Origin: Macrostomum lignano | Taxonomy: Eukaryota | Reading direction: 5' to 3' | Assembly: GCA_002269645.1 (NCBI GenBank) | Contig: NIVC01001433.1 | Span: forward strand, 124,001 to 188,000 | DNA: 64,000 nt | Shown: piece after piece, positions 11,850-23,074 of the stretch | Layout of the letters: every line of letters begins with the position of its first letter | Position numbering within the stretch: the first letter of the stretch is position 1 | Notes under the pieces: generated by a model | The model's input: only the letters and a program-made list of their open reading frames with translations | Databases searched by the model: none | What the model was told of the DNA's origin: nothing | Made by a program: the position numbers and the translations under genes

Positions 11850-11995
11850 TATAAATAGCAACATGATTCATCTGTTTCGCTATAAAAAGTAATATGATTC
11901 ATTTTCTGGTTATAAATGGTAACATGACTCATTTCGTTTATAAATAGCAACATGAATCATATTTTCCGTATAAATAGTAACATGGTTCATATTTA
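11850..11995 (+). promoter_or_regulatory. Five ~30-bp units each with TATAAA(T/A) plus an ATGANTCAT palindrome (AP-1-like)
   Basis: TATAAA at 11850, 11881, 11911, 11939, 11969; ATGATTCAT twice, ATGACTCAT, ATGAATCAT, and one degenerate copy; regulatory role is inferred only. Confidence 0.4.
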
Positions 11996-12672
11996 AGGTT
12001 TTGGTGTGCAAATGTCCGCCAGTCTACTCAGTAGCAATCTATGAATAACCTTCACCTTAACAATTGTATGATTTTCTGTGGGAAGTAGAACACTCTACAG
12101 ATGTGCCTAACGCAACGGACTGCTTTGGTATCTAATCAGGTAATTCCAGCATGTAATAGCCACCCGATGATGGACGAGAATAATCAAAGGGGATTAGAAT
12201 AGAAAGGCATCGCAAGAGGCCAGACGAGGAATTTAGCAGTGAATTTCAGTTTCTGTTATTCCTAGAATCCTTCTCTGCAGAATTTTCTAAGGCTCAGAAA
12301 TTAGTCATTACTCAACGTTTCTTTTTTTAGACTTTGAATGCGTTTCCGTAATGAGGAAAATTCTTAAACTCTCTCACATCCAATCAAACTACTTCTCACG
12401 AGAATTCCAAGTCAGTAGGAGAAGCTGCTGACAGGGGCAGAGAAGCAATTAAATTGCCAGCTTGAAGTGAAGCCTTACTGGTAGGGTCTGGATTGTGGAG
12501 CTGGTGCTTATAAAGGAACCTCTTCACATCCATTGTTTTCAACCCTTCAATCGTGGATGCCAAACTCTTGCAAGGCTCCTAAAGACGTAGCCAACTATGA
12601 GAATGACGATTTGAAATAAAATCCCCTTCTCAAAGACAAGAACGATTTCGTTATCTACAGCGTCACCAAGGC

Positions 12673-13615
12673 ATGAGTTGCAGCATCCTAACTGGACTCG
12701 CTGTGGCGATGCTGCTGCCACTCCTGGTGCACTGCGGCAATGGAACCCTGCACAGCAGCATCTCGGTCGGCGGCTGCGTGGTGCCGCAGACTCCGCAGCA
12801 CTCGCTGGCGGCCTCGAGCGCCCGCATGTGCGCCTTCCTGTGCTCTCAGCTCCGTCGTCCCTGCATCGCCTGGAGCCACCGCGCAGGTGTCTGCAACATG
12901 TCGGACAGCCTCCAGACCGCCAGTCTGACGAACGACACCGACTGCCAGGCGTGGAGCGCCCTGCGCCAGCTCGGCCTCGTCGCCTTCTGGCCCATGAGCA
13001 ACGCCACTCGGACTCGCAATGCGGTCTCGAACAGCGGCCATCTCGACCTGCAGGAGAACATCCCGATGCAGTACACGGACAGCGCCGTCAACTTCACTGG
13101 TCAGTCGGGTGTGTCAGAGCGGTTCAACATTGACGAGTTGAATTCGGTGTGTCTCACCAGCCTCACCATGTCCGTGTGGGTCAAGGTCACCAATGCGTCG
13201 AGAGGTCCGATGCCTCTGCTGGATAGCATGACCCTGCCAGGAGGATACTTCACTCGACTGTGGCTTCATCCAAACAGTACGAGCCTCCACGTGGTGATTG
13301 AGTCGCCAATTTCTCACTGCACAGCCGACGAACCCACCGACACGGCCAGCGGTTGGACCCACTTTACCGCGGTATATGACAAGCAGACGCCGTCAGTGAA
13401 GATCTACTCGAACGGTACGGAGAAGGCCATCTCTGGTATACCGGCCACTCTGAACTCGTGCGCGGATTTCGGCACCACTGCTCAAATCGGCGGCTCGACT
13501 AGCGACTAGCGACGTGACGCACAACCGCGTGTTCCAGGGCTACATGAGATGCTTCAGCGTCTCACAGAGAGCCCTGAGCCAGGCTGAAGTTCGCCATTTA
13601 ATGAAGCTCTGTTGA
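12673..13615 (+). pseudogene. Secreted PAN/apple-like plus LamG/concanavalin-A-like lectin protein, copy A, frameshifted near the C-terminus
   Basis: Signal peptide; Cys pattern RMCAFLC..C.AWS...GVC; LVAFWPM, LTMSVWVK, GWTHFTAVYD, IYSNG. Tandem 7-bp duplication GACTAGC (13497-13510) gives a stop at 13509; removing it restores HNRVFQGYMRCF...KLC* ending at 13615. Confidence 0.85.
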
Positions 13616-15500
13616 GCAGGTTATGCCATCACAAACGGAGTACTCGGAGCTCATCCAATTCAAACAATTTCTAACTTTGGAACAATATTCGCCTAACCGA
13701 CTCAGAAAGATTTTTTAACTTTTAGTTAGTGCAGCAGTTCTTTTCAATATTTTCCGCCCTTTGGACGTCTAGTAAAGTGTAGCGTAAAAGTATATAGCGC
13801 TCTTCAGTAGTCTGTGTGACACATATTTATTCATGTTTCAAAGGCACTATGCGGATGCTGTTCTAAGAACAATAACTGTTCTTTTAATCTCTAAATCTAT
13901 GAAACGCTATACTGCTGAATTTTCTTTTGTAGTAAAGATCATTGTGGAATAAGTAACCAATATTTTTTCTTTAAAACTAATAACCTGAGCGAAACGCAGC
14001 ATATATCTGATTGTGTTTCAAGACTTGGCACTATTAAACAAAGGGAGACTAAATACAGTTGTTGGCTAACCTGGCCTTTCTATCAGAGTGAAGCATTCAA
14101 TTCTGGGGATGATTTTCTTTTCAAAGAACCTAAAGTGATTCTAGGCAAACCAAACACTGGTTGAGCAAAGGACACCAGCTGTGCCTCAATATTTGAAGTT
14201 TGCGCGGCTCCTCTTCTCCTAGCGACGAGGTAGACTTTAAATCAAAAACAGTCTTCGTAGCACATCTGTGGCGGTTTATTCTTCATCATCCTCGCGATCG
14301 GATGAACTGTCAATTCATTTCACTTTTAAGCCAGTAGCATAAACGCACGAGGACATGATATAATAGAATTCTTTTTTTCCAATCGAAACTGGTACGTTTA
14401 TGACATACTCAGGTTTGCCTTTACTGAACTTCAAAACTGTTGGTTATTTTCTAGTTTCCAAGAATCGGAAGATGAGTTCAGGCGATTCGGCAGTGAATAT
14501 GATAGATGGTGGATCGAGGCTTAATTAAGAGTGAAGTAGATGGTTAGTCAGAAGTGAATCTGACTGGATGAATCAGGGGGTGAATCGGTGGGTGAATAAT
14601 GGATAAATCAGGGGAAATAGCGGGTGAATCGAGGTGAATGGATGCGTGAATCGTAAGCGTTCATCATTGGGATAGAGACAAGATAAAATACTTTCTTACA
14701 CGCATGCCACTTTTAAGAAATGACCTCTGAAAGCCATTTTACCCAGAAAATTCTGCGAATTCAAGGAACTTTTAAAAGTAAGGGTGAAACCCCTTGTCGA
14801 CACAATGAGTCGCAGCAGGGCATGGTAGCTATAGCCACAGTCAAATCCTGAGTTCGTAGCTAGAATTACTAGAATTACTAGAATTACTAGTCGTAGCTAG
14901 AGCTAGAGTCTGCACTGCTGAGGATCTGCCACCTCAGTTTACATGCGTCAGCCGGCAGGGTTTTGCCGCGCGGCTTCTGTGGACTGTCGCATTGCTAATT
15001 AGAGCTGTCGGTTCCTCAGCATACCTGCGCGCAGAAATTCATGGGAGAGGAACACAGCTTGCTAGAAGCAATTTACAGGAGGCAAACCGGGAGAGAAGAA
15101 ATTCTGAATAAGTTATAAAGAGCCCAGCAAAAAAAGAACTCCGACAAAAAAATCATCAAAGCTTGCTTGTTAAGCTGAAAAATGCGGCAGCAGGAAATTC
15201 TGTCCTTGATTAAAATTGCAGCCACATTCAGACAATGGGCTTGAGCTCGCCTAACGACTCAATTGGGAGAGACTGTACTGCGAACAATGGAAATTTGCGT
15301 TTCCTCATTTTTCTCACAGCAGGGATTCATATTTAAGAAGGCTTCCTTAGCCAACGAGAGAAACTCTGAATGACAAGAGCCGAGGGAAAAGCATTAAAGT
15401 AAATAAGCTGCTGAGAAGCTCCAGTCTGCAGCTGAATTGCAGCTGTCAAAATCCGATTAAAAAGCAAGAACGAGTTCAGTATCTACAGTGTCACCAAGGC

Positions 15501-16436
15501 ATGAGTTGCAGCATCCTAACTGGACTCGCTGTGGCGATGCTGCTGCCACTCCTGGTGCACTGCGGCAATGGAACCCTGCACAGCAGCATCTCGCTCGGCG
15601 GCTGCGTGGTGCCGCAGACTCCGCAGCACTCGCTGACGGCCTCGAGCGCCCGCATGTGCGTCTTCCTGTGCTCTCAGCTCCGTCGTCCCTGCATCGCCTG
15701 GAGCCACCGCGCAGGCGTCTGCAACATGTCGGACAGCCTCCAGACCGCCAGTCTGACGAACGACACCGACTGCCAGTCGTGGAGCGCCCTGCGCCAGCTC
15801 GGCCTCGTCGCCTTCTGGCCCATGAGCAACGCCACTCGGACTCGCAATGCGGTCTCGAACAGCGGCCATCTCGACCTGCAGGAGAACATCCCGATGCAGT
15901 ACACGGACAGCGCCGTCAACTTCACTGGTCAGTCGGGTGTGTCAGAGAGGTTCAACATTGACGAGCTGACTTCGGTGTGTCTCACCAGCCTCACCATGTC
16001 AGTGTGGGTCAAGGTCACCAATTCGTCAAGGGGTTCGATGCCTCTGCTGGAGGGCCTCACAATGCCTACCTCAGACTACACTCGATTTTGGCTTTATCCC
16101 ACAGTTACAACCATACACTTCGTAGTTTTGTCCCCGGAGGCGGGACTCACATATCCCGGACCCACCGACACGGCCAGCGGTTGGACCCACATCGCCGCCG
16201 TGTACGACAAGCAGGCTCCGGAAATCAGGATCTACGTCAACGGAACTCAGAAAGCAACTAACGGTCCGGTAGCTGCTGTGACATCCTGTGCGAACTTCGG
16301 CAGCAGCGTGCAGATCGGAGCCGTCAGCCGCAGTGTCAGTCACAACCGCGTGTTCCAAGGCTTCATGAGATGCTTCGGAGTGTCAGAGAGAGCTCTGAGC
16401 GACTCTGAAGTTGCTTCTTTGTATGAGCTGTGCTAA
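15501..16436 (+). CDS. Secreted PAN/apple-like plus LamG/concanavalin-A-like lectin protein, copy B (311 aa, intronless)
   Basis: Intact ORF with signal peptide, PAN-like Cys pattern and LamG_3-type motifs WTHIAAVYD, IYVNG, FQGFMRCFGVSERALSDSEV. Confidence 0.9.
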   Translation: MSCSILTGLAVAMLLPLLVHCGNGTLHSSISLGGCVVPQTPQHSLTASSARMCVFLCSQLRRPCIAWSHRAGVCNMSDSLQTASLTNDTDCQSWSALRQLGLVAFWPMSNATRTRNAVSNSGHLDLQENIPMQYTDSAVNFTGQSGVSERFNIDELTSVCLTSLTMSVWVKVTNSSRGSMPLLEGLTMPTSDYTRFWLYPTVTTIHFVVLSPEAGLTYPGPTDTASGWTHIAAVYDKQAPEIRIYVNGTQKATNGPVAAVTSCANFGSSVQIGAVSRSVSHNRVFQGFMRCFGVSERALSDSEVASLYELC

Positions 16437-18234
16437 GTGTACAATCACCACATTTTTCTATTATGAGTATGGTTGATAGCGATGTGAACGAACTTTGAGC
16501 CATAACTTTGACGATTGACTGTTAACCAAGTTCCTGTGGCACCAAAAACGCACCAAATAACCCAATTTTAGAACTGGAAAATGAGAAAACTATACTAAAT
16601 CTCAACTAACTACTCGGGTATGAAACTATGAGCAACTGAGTATGCTTATAGGCTTACAAAACCGCTTATAATCAAATGCTTCTGTCGTGTTAAATAAATT
16701 CATAACTGAGACACTTTAAGACAATTTTCTTCGACGTCACTGCAAGTTGCAGCAGCCATTGTATTGGTGCAATTTCCAAGCTTTTCAGGCATAAAATAGA
16801 TGGGGGCGTCTGATTGGGAAAAGAATTTCCTGCAGGGCTAACAAAAAACACCTTTTCCAGTAAGGAAAGAGCTTTGCCAGGGAGTTGTTAACCTCGTTGC
16901 CATGCCAACCGCTCCACAAACTATAGCTGCTAGAGTGCTTATTGTTTGAGTCACTCAAGAAATTTCTCCCTAGTGAATTCATGCAGTGGCAGGGATTCTT
17001 ACAATGACTGCTTCAGCGCCTCTCCAAGGCGCACATGTCCCAACTCTTAAAAAATGCATAAGTTTTGAGCAGCCAGAAAGGGCGGAGTGGAGAATTAAAT
17101 TCTTTGGGTTCGGCGTGCAGCAGCTTGAAACAGGTACTTGTCTGAAGCAACAATGTGGAGGACTGCTTTTGCAGAAAGGAATTTTGCTTCAAGACTCGGC
17201 AGCACTCCCTGCAATTGCAATTTTGCTATTTTGTTTTAACACTTCAGATGCTTAAATAGTTCGTGTGACTGCGTTACTATATAGTAGTATAGTATGCTAT
17301 AGTAGTAAAAAACATTTAGGAAATAATAATCATAATATTTGATTACAGCTGCTTTATTGGACTCACGGCTCAGTTATCAGTTGAAACTCTTCACAATGAT
17401 ACATGTTCCAACTCTTCTTACATTTAATACCCTTCACCCGTGTTACCAAGAGGAAAACCAGTATCCCAGGGGCTGAGCCCCCTACTTAAAGTACCTTAAA
17501 GCATTTAGTAACGTTCAGCAACTTATCGAACTACTCAAAGGTACCAAAGAAGTGTCTTTCAGAATAACCTCCAGAGCAAAATGCGCAGGAGACAATGGTG
17601 ACTGAGACTTCAGACCAACATTTCATTGCGATTCATAAATTATGTTCAATTTTGAACACTTATCTGCGTTTCGAAAGCACGGATATGGACCATAAAAGCT
17701 CAGAGGTCTGTCTGCATGTTACGTAACTTTCAAAATATGCTAACCCGACTGTCGGTTGCTCTAAGGACTTTCTTAGCCGTTAACGGTGAGATAGACAGCT
17801 GAAACTGAATTAAAAGTTTACAGTACTAGGCATTGTTGAATTTAAGTGTCAATTATGGCACTGACAGGGTAATATTTTTCCTCTAGAGTTTATTAAAAAG
17901 CTTGAAAAAATAAGAGGGAGAAGTGTGTAGCTAGCAAAGCATCCAAATTATGATTGAACAATGGAAAAAGCTTATTGGGCACAGCTGTCTTTCACCTGCT
18001 AGTAACTGTTTGCATGCTGACACTCATGTATTTCGCCTCCATATAGCTGATGGCTTAGACACAATAAGAAATTCACTCAATTTAAAGAAATCCAACTGAA
18101 TTCTGTCCAATCCTCCAAACCACCTGCACCGGCTCTCAAATCTAGGGAGGGGTTGTGAAGGCAGTCATTAAAGCTGATAAACAGAGCTTACGCTTAAAAC
18201 AGATGTCACAGGTAGAGAAACATTGGTGAGGCTG

Positions 18235-20485
18235 ATGAAGACGTTCTCCAAGCTGCTGATTTTCCTGACCGCAGCGGCTGCGGCTTCGGCCATCGAGCTG
18301 AACGAAGTCCACAGCAGCAGCTGGTCGGGCGGTCGAGTCCGCCACTTCGCTCTCTCCTCCATCAAGCAAGCCAGCGATGTGCTGCAGTGCGCTGCACTGG
18401 CTGCCAAGCACCTGCTCGCTCACCAGCTGCTGGTCTTCATCCCTCGGGATGGGGCACAGCAGCCCCAGTGCATCGTGGGTGAGTGAGTCCTGGCTGCATT
18501 GCGTTGCCGAGACCTGTGTGTGACCAGTGACTGTAGTGTGTGAACAGTGTCTGCAGTGTGTGACCAGTGACTGTAGTGTGTGACCAGTGACTGTAGTGTG
18601 TGACCAGTGTCTGCAGTGTGTGACCAGTGTCTGCAGTGTGCGACCAGTGACTGTAGTGTGTGACCAGTAACTGTAGTGTGTGACCAGTGTCTGCAGTGTG
18701 CGACCAGTGACTGTAGTGTGTGAACAGTGTCTGCAGTGTGTGAACAGTGTCTGCAGTGTGTGAGCAGTGTCTGCAGTGTGTGAGCAGTGTTTGCAGTGTG
18801 TGAGCAGTGTCTGCTGTGTGTGACCAGTGTCTGTAGTGTGTGAACAGTGTCTGCAGTGTGTGAGTAGCGTCTGCAGTGTGTGAGCAGTGTCTGCAGTGTG
18901 TGGGCAGTGTCTGCAGTGTGTGAACAGTGTCTGCAGTGTGTGAACAGTGTCTGCAGTGTGTGAGCTCTCACAGTGTCTGCAGTGTGTGAGCAGTGTCTGC
19001 AGTGTGTGAGCTCTCACAGTGTCTGCAGTGTGTGAGCAGTGTTTGCAGTGTGTGAGCAGTGTCTGCTGTGTGTGACCAGTGTCTGTAGTGTGTGAACAGT
19101 GTCTGCAGTGTGTGAGAAGTGTCTGCAGTGTGTGAGCAGTGTCTGCAGTGTGTGAGTAGCGTCTGCAGTGTGTGAGCAGTGTCTGCAGTGTGTGAGCAGT
19201 GTCTGCAGTGTGTGAGCAGTGTCTGCAGTGTGTGAGTAGCGTCTGCAGTGTGTGAGCAGTGTCTGCAGTGTGTGGGCAGTGTCTGCAGTGTGTGAACAGT
19301 GTCTGCAGTGTGTGAGCAGTGTCTGCAGTGTGTGAGCTCTCACAGTGTCTGCAGTGTGTGAGCAGTGTCTGCAGTGTGTGAACAGTGTCTGTAGTGTGTG
19401 GACAGTGTCTGCAGTGTGTGAGCAGTGTCTGCAGTGTGTGAGCAGTGTCTGCAGTGTGAGCAGCAGTGGCTCTCACAGTGTCTGCAATGTGTGAGCAGTG
19501 ACTGCAGTGTGTGAGCAGTGTCTGCAGTGTGTGAGCAGTGTCTGCAGTGTGTGAGCAGCAGTGCAGCCACAGCTAGCATCTCACATCATTACTCATGCTC
19601 GATGCCTTAAACCTGATGAAGCTGCTCACCCAGCTGAGCTCATTCGCATTCCAGCAAACCGAAGTGGCGCTGTGTGTCGCAGACTGACGCCTCACACTCA
19701 CCAGTCTCCGTGCTGCATCAGGGTGAGTAGCAAGCGTGCACTGACTCACCTGACAGCCAGGTAACTGACAGCACTTGCCTGACCGCAGCTCTCAATGCCT
19801 CACTGCAGGTGTTTGTGACGTCACTCAGCGACTGCTGGATCAGCATCCAGCGTCGGGTGGACAACTCGACAGACTTCTATCGCAACTGGACCGAGTACGC
19901 AGCCGGCTTCGGAGAGGGAGCCCACACGAACCACTGGCTCGGTGAGTGCATTGCAGTGCGGTCATGACGGTATTGATGCACTTTTTGATAGCGCTGGCCT
20001 CCTGTGGCTGTGAGCTGCTCAGCATTGAGCTATGCTTGACAACTGCAGGTCTGCGAGCTGTGCACTCTCTGACCTGGCCGTCTGGTCGAGCACTTCGCAT
20101 GCGAATGAGGCTGTGGAATGGCACGGAGCTCTGGGCCGACTACTCCAGCTTCTCCGTGGCCAGCGAGGCCGACAAGTTCCGCATGAGCATCTCCGGGTTC
20201 TCCGCCAGCCACCCTGGCGTTGGAGACTGCATGGCCTTCCACAATGGCATGCAGTTCAGCACCATCGACTCGGACAACGACATTTCATCTGTCAGAAGCT
20301 GCAGCGTCACCTTTAAAGGAGGCTGGTGGTATAAAGATTGCCATCGCACAAACCCGAACGGTCTGCAGTACTTTAATCCCCCGGAAGCTCTTGCCACTCC
20401 TCAGTATGCTGTCGGGATCAACTGGTATTGGAGTTTCGATTACTACTATTCGATGAAACAGTTTGAGATGTTACTGAAAGGGTAG
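18235..20485 (+). CDS. Secreted FReD protein, copy 2, 4 exons (inverted paralog of copy 1)
   Basis: Exons 18235-18478, 19655-19722, 19809-19941, 20049-20485; same exon 2/3 sizes and phases as copy 1; FReD motifs intact. Confidence 0.92.
18510..19560. repeat. 20-bp minisatellite (reverse complement of 8282-10135) in intron 1 of FReD copy 2
   Basis: GTGTGTGAGCAGTGTCTGCA units. Confidence 0.95.
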
Positions 20486-20814
20486 CAATCCAGCTCGTGG
20501 AAGAACCTCTGGACAGATCGGTTTATACGAGTACAACAGATAAACCTTTAAAAAAATAATACCGAAAATATGCATCAATAAAAGGCGTTGATAATAGAAA
20601 TAAACACGTAGTATGGATTAGTGTCAGTCGAGTAGTCGTCAATAATCTCATAAAGACTGGTACTTAAGAATATATTTTTAGAGGTACTAATCGTTCAGTG
20701 ATAAAATTTGAATACAGTGCAACAGAAGAGAATGAGTTCAGTTTATTTATTTCTTTATTCTAAAACTGATTAGAATTTAACTTCCCAGGAGGGCCAATCC
20801 CCAGGGCACAGAGT

Positions 20815-21050
20815 CCCCAACCCATGTAGCGCCAACTCTAGTGGCGCTAATCCTTGTGGCGCCAACCCGTCTAGCGCCAAACCATGTAGCGCCAACTTTA
20901 GTGGCGCCAATCCTTGTGGCGTCAATCCTTGTGGCGCCAAAACCATCCGGCGCCAATCCAAGTGGCGCCAAATCATGTAGCGCCAACTCTGGTAGCGCCA
21001 ATCCTTGTGGCGTTAATCCTAGTGGCGCCAAATCATGTAGCGCCAATTGT
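20815..21050. repeat. Degenerate ~20-bp repeat with (T/A)GGCGCCAA core
   Basis: Directly visible. Confidence 0.8.
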
Positions 21051-21544
21051 TAATTGTTATGATTGCTTTCTGCTTTTGCGCACCTGAACTGAATAGAAGT
21101 CTCTTACATGCATCTATTCTTTCCCATGCACGCCACGCACGTACTGTACATTCAAGTTACAAAAGTAAACTACAGCGTACACTCACTCCAGTACACAGTC
21201 CAACATATGCACTCTGATAATGGCTGTGACTTTCGTCGCTAGTCTCTGCACACTGCTGCATATAAATGTGTATTAGGTAGTACCTTGTACGATACACCAG
21301 CATTGTATTGCTAATGCATGCAGTCCTTGGAGTTAGGATAGCTACAAATCTTGTACTCGGGTGAGTGACAAAATGTACAAAAATATTTCCTTTTTTGTTG
21401 GTTGCTTCACAGGGATCAGCCAATTCGGATTATTTCAAGTTTCTTGTGCGTCACCTACAGGGTATTACTCATACTTGATCCGTTGAGTGTCGCCGAGGAC
21501 CTTTTAAACGTAGACTATGATGACGGATTGACGATGCAAAATTT

Positions 21545-21765
21545 CGAGTTTGTCAAGATTCGAGCTTGTGAAGATTCGAGCTTGTGACGACTCGAGCTTG
21601 TGAAGACTCGAGTTTGGGAAGTTTTGACCTTGTGAAGACTCGAGTTTGGGAAGTTTTGAGCTTGTGAAGACTCGAGCTTGTGATGACTTGAGCTTGTGAT
21701 GACTTGAGCTTGTGAAGATTCGAGTTTGTGAAGACTCGAGCTTGTGAAGACTCGAGCTTGTGCAA
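21545..21765. repeat. ~16-bp degenerate repeat (GACTCGAGCTTGTGAA)
   Basis: Directly visible. Confidence 0.85.
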
Positions 21766-21859
21766 ATGACTCACATTTTGACCTTCTGTGTCGGCAAAAT
21801 AGATTGGCAAACGCGATAGTTTGGTGCCCCAACGTCTGTAGCCCCAGTTGCTACTTTCG

Positions 21860-22090
21860 CGCCACCGCTGCTGGCTCCCTTTTGGAGGCCGCTGGTTCGA
21901 TTCCTTGCGCGGCCACAATCATTCATTTGGGGCTTTTGGTGCACGGAAATTGGCCGAGAGGGGTTGTCGGTGCGATTCACGGCAACTGAGGGCCAGCCCC
22001 CAAGGCACAGACAGTGCACATGCCTGACGATTAGAAAGTCAAAGGGCCGCTGTACACCCAGTGTGAGCGTGTGTATGAGTGCGCAATTTA
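21860..22090 (+). mobile_element. tRNA-derived SINE-like element
   Basis: B box GGTTCGATTCC near 21895; body TTGGGGCTT..GTGCAC..GGCC..GTGC(G)(A/G)TTCAC..GAGG..CCCC..GGCACAG..ACATGCCTGA recurs at 42185-42295. Confidence 0.6.
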
Positions 22091-22312
22091 ATTGACAGTC
22101 TGTAAGTCAAGTACTATAGTTAACAAGGTAGTACTTCCTTACTTGAACCAGTAGTGCCCTGTGCAAAAATAGGTTTTATTACATATTGTAGGGTAAATGC
22201 TAAATATACTCTTTTCTAACAGCCGATATAGTCAGTGAGTATTTCCAGCCCATATCCTGCCACAACTTTTACAGGTCATCTACAATACTTGGTGAAAAGC
22301 ATTTTTCAGTCC

Positions 22313-23074
22313 ATGAGCGAAGAGCCATTGTCGGAACAGTGCGCGTCGCAGCTTGAAGCGGCTCTGCACTACACCTCAGAGACTCTGTACGCCAGATTAG
22401 GCCCGCTAGCACGGTCCTGTCGCCAAGGTGACCAATACGAATGTATCAACGCGTGCGTCTTTTTGATATCAAGCGCAGCAAGCCAGAGGCATGTGAGTCG
22501 AGAAGCTCGTCTGGCCACTTTCAGGGAAGGCCGCTGGTCAGAGAAGAATTGCTGCCAATCGCAGGAGAGCATGGTAGAAGCCGGGTTCTACTATCTGGGA
22601 GAAGCAGACTATGTGAAGTGCTTCTTCTGCGATCTGGGCCTCAGAGACTGGAACCCGGCCGAAATAGCCGAGATGGAGCACGCCAATTTCAGCCCTCTCT
22701 GCTTCTTTCTCAAGGCTTCTCGCGGTCTGGACTGGCTTCGGAGTCGGTCGAACCGGCCGCAGAACTACCCGACCTCGTATCTGCGCCAGGACCACAACGG
22801 GCTGATGCGGCAGATCAAACAGGAGCTGGACAGTCCGTACGCCGTATTCGCCTGCGGCAGCGGGTTCAACGACACGAAAGTGATGCTGTGCATAGCGCGT
22901 CGGTATATTCGGCAGGGGGCCAAGATGACGCTGCAGGAGCTGATCACGGAGCTGCAGGCCGAATGGGACCGGGAGATGCTGGGGGGCGGCAACAGCTCGA
23001 AGTTCAGCGATGCAGGACCGAACTTTCCTGGCCAGTTCGATCTGGCTGCCACGCTGCGAAGCTTTCGGGTCTGA
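22313..23074 (+). CDS. BIR-domain (IAP family) protein with C-terminal UBA-like segment, no RING, intronless
   Basis: RLATF...AGFYYLGEADYVKCFFC-x16-H-x6-C is a canonical BIR; downstream SPYAVFACGSGFNDTKV...LQELITEL resembles the IAP UBA; ATG at 22313. Confidence 0.9.
   Translation: MSEEPLSEQCASQLEAALHYTSETLYARLGPLARSCRQGDQYECINACVFLISSAASQRHVSREARLATFREGRWSEKNCCQSQESMVEAGFYYLGEADYVKCFFCDLGLRDWNPAEIAEMEHANFSPLCFFLKASRGLDWLRSRSNRPQNYPTSYLRQDHNGLMRQIKQELDSPYAVFACGSGFNDTKVMLCIARRYIRQGAKMTLQELITELQAEWDREMLGGGNSSKFSDAGPNFPGQFDLAATLRSFRV

Noticed and set aside
11660-11953. 97-aa minus-strand ORF
   Set aside because: No recognisable motif; the N-terminal half derives from the TATA-containing repeat
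13900-17260. Spacer sequence around LamG copy B (13.9-15.4 kb and 16.7-17.3 kb) suspected to be retroelement debris
   Set aside because: No RT, endonuclease or integrase motifs could be read in the frames examined
21860-21920. Possible tRNA gene
   Set aside because: B box and one hairpin are present, but there is no closable acceptor stem or clear D arm; treated as a SINE head
22020-22045. CTGACGA-TTA-GAAA hammerhead-like core
   Set aside because: No stem II, and no convincing stem III or cleavage triplet could be paired
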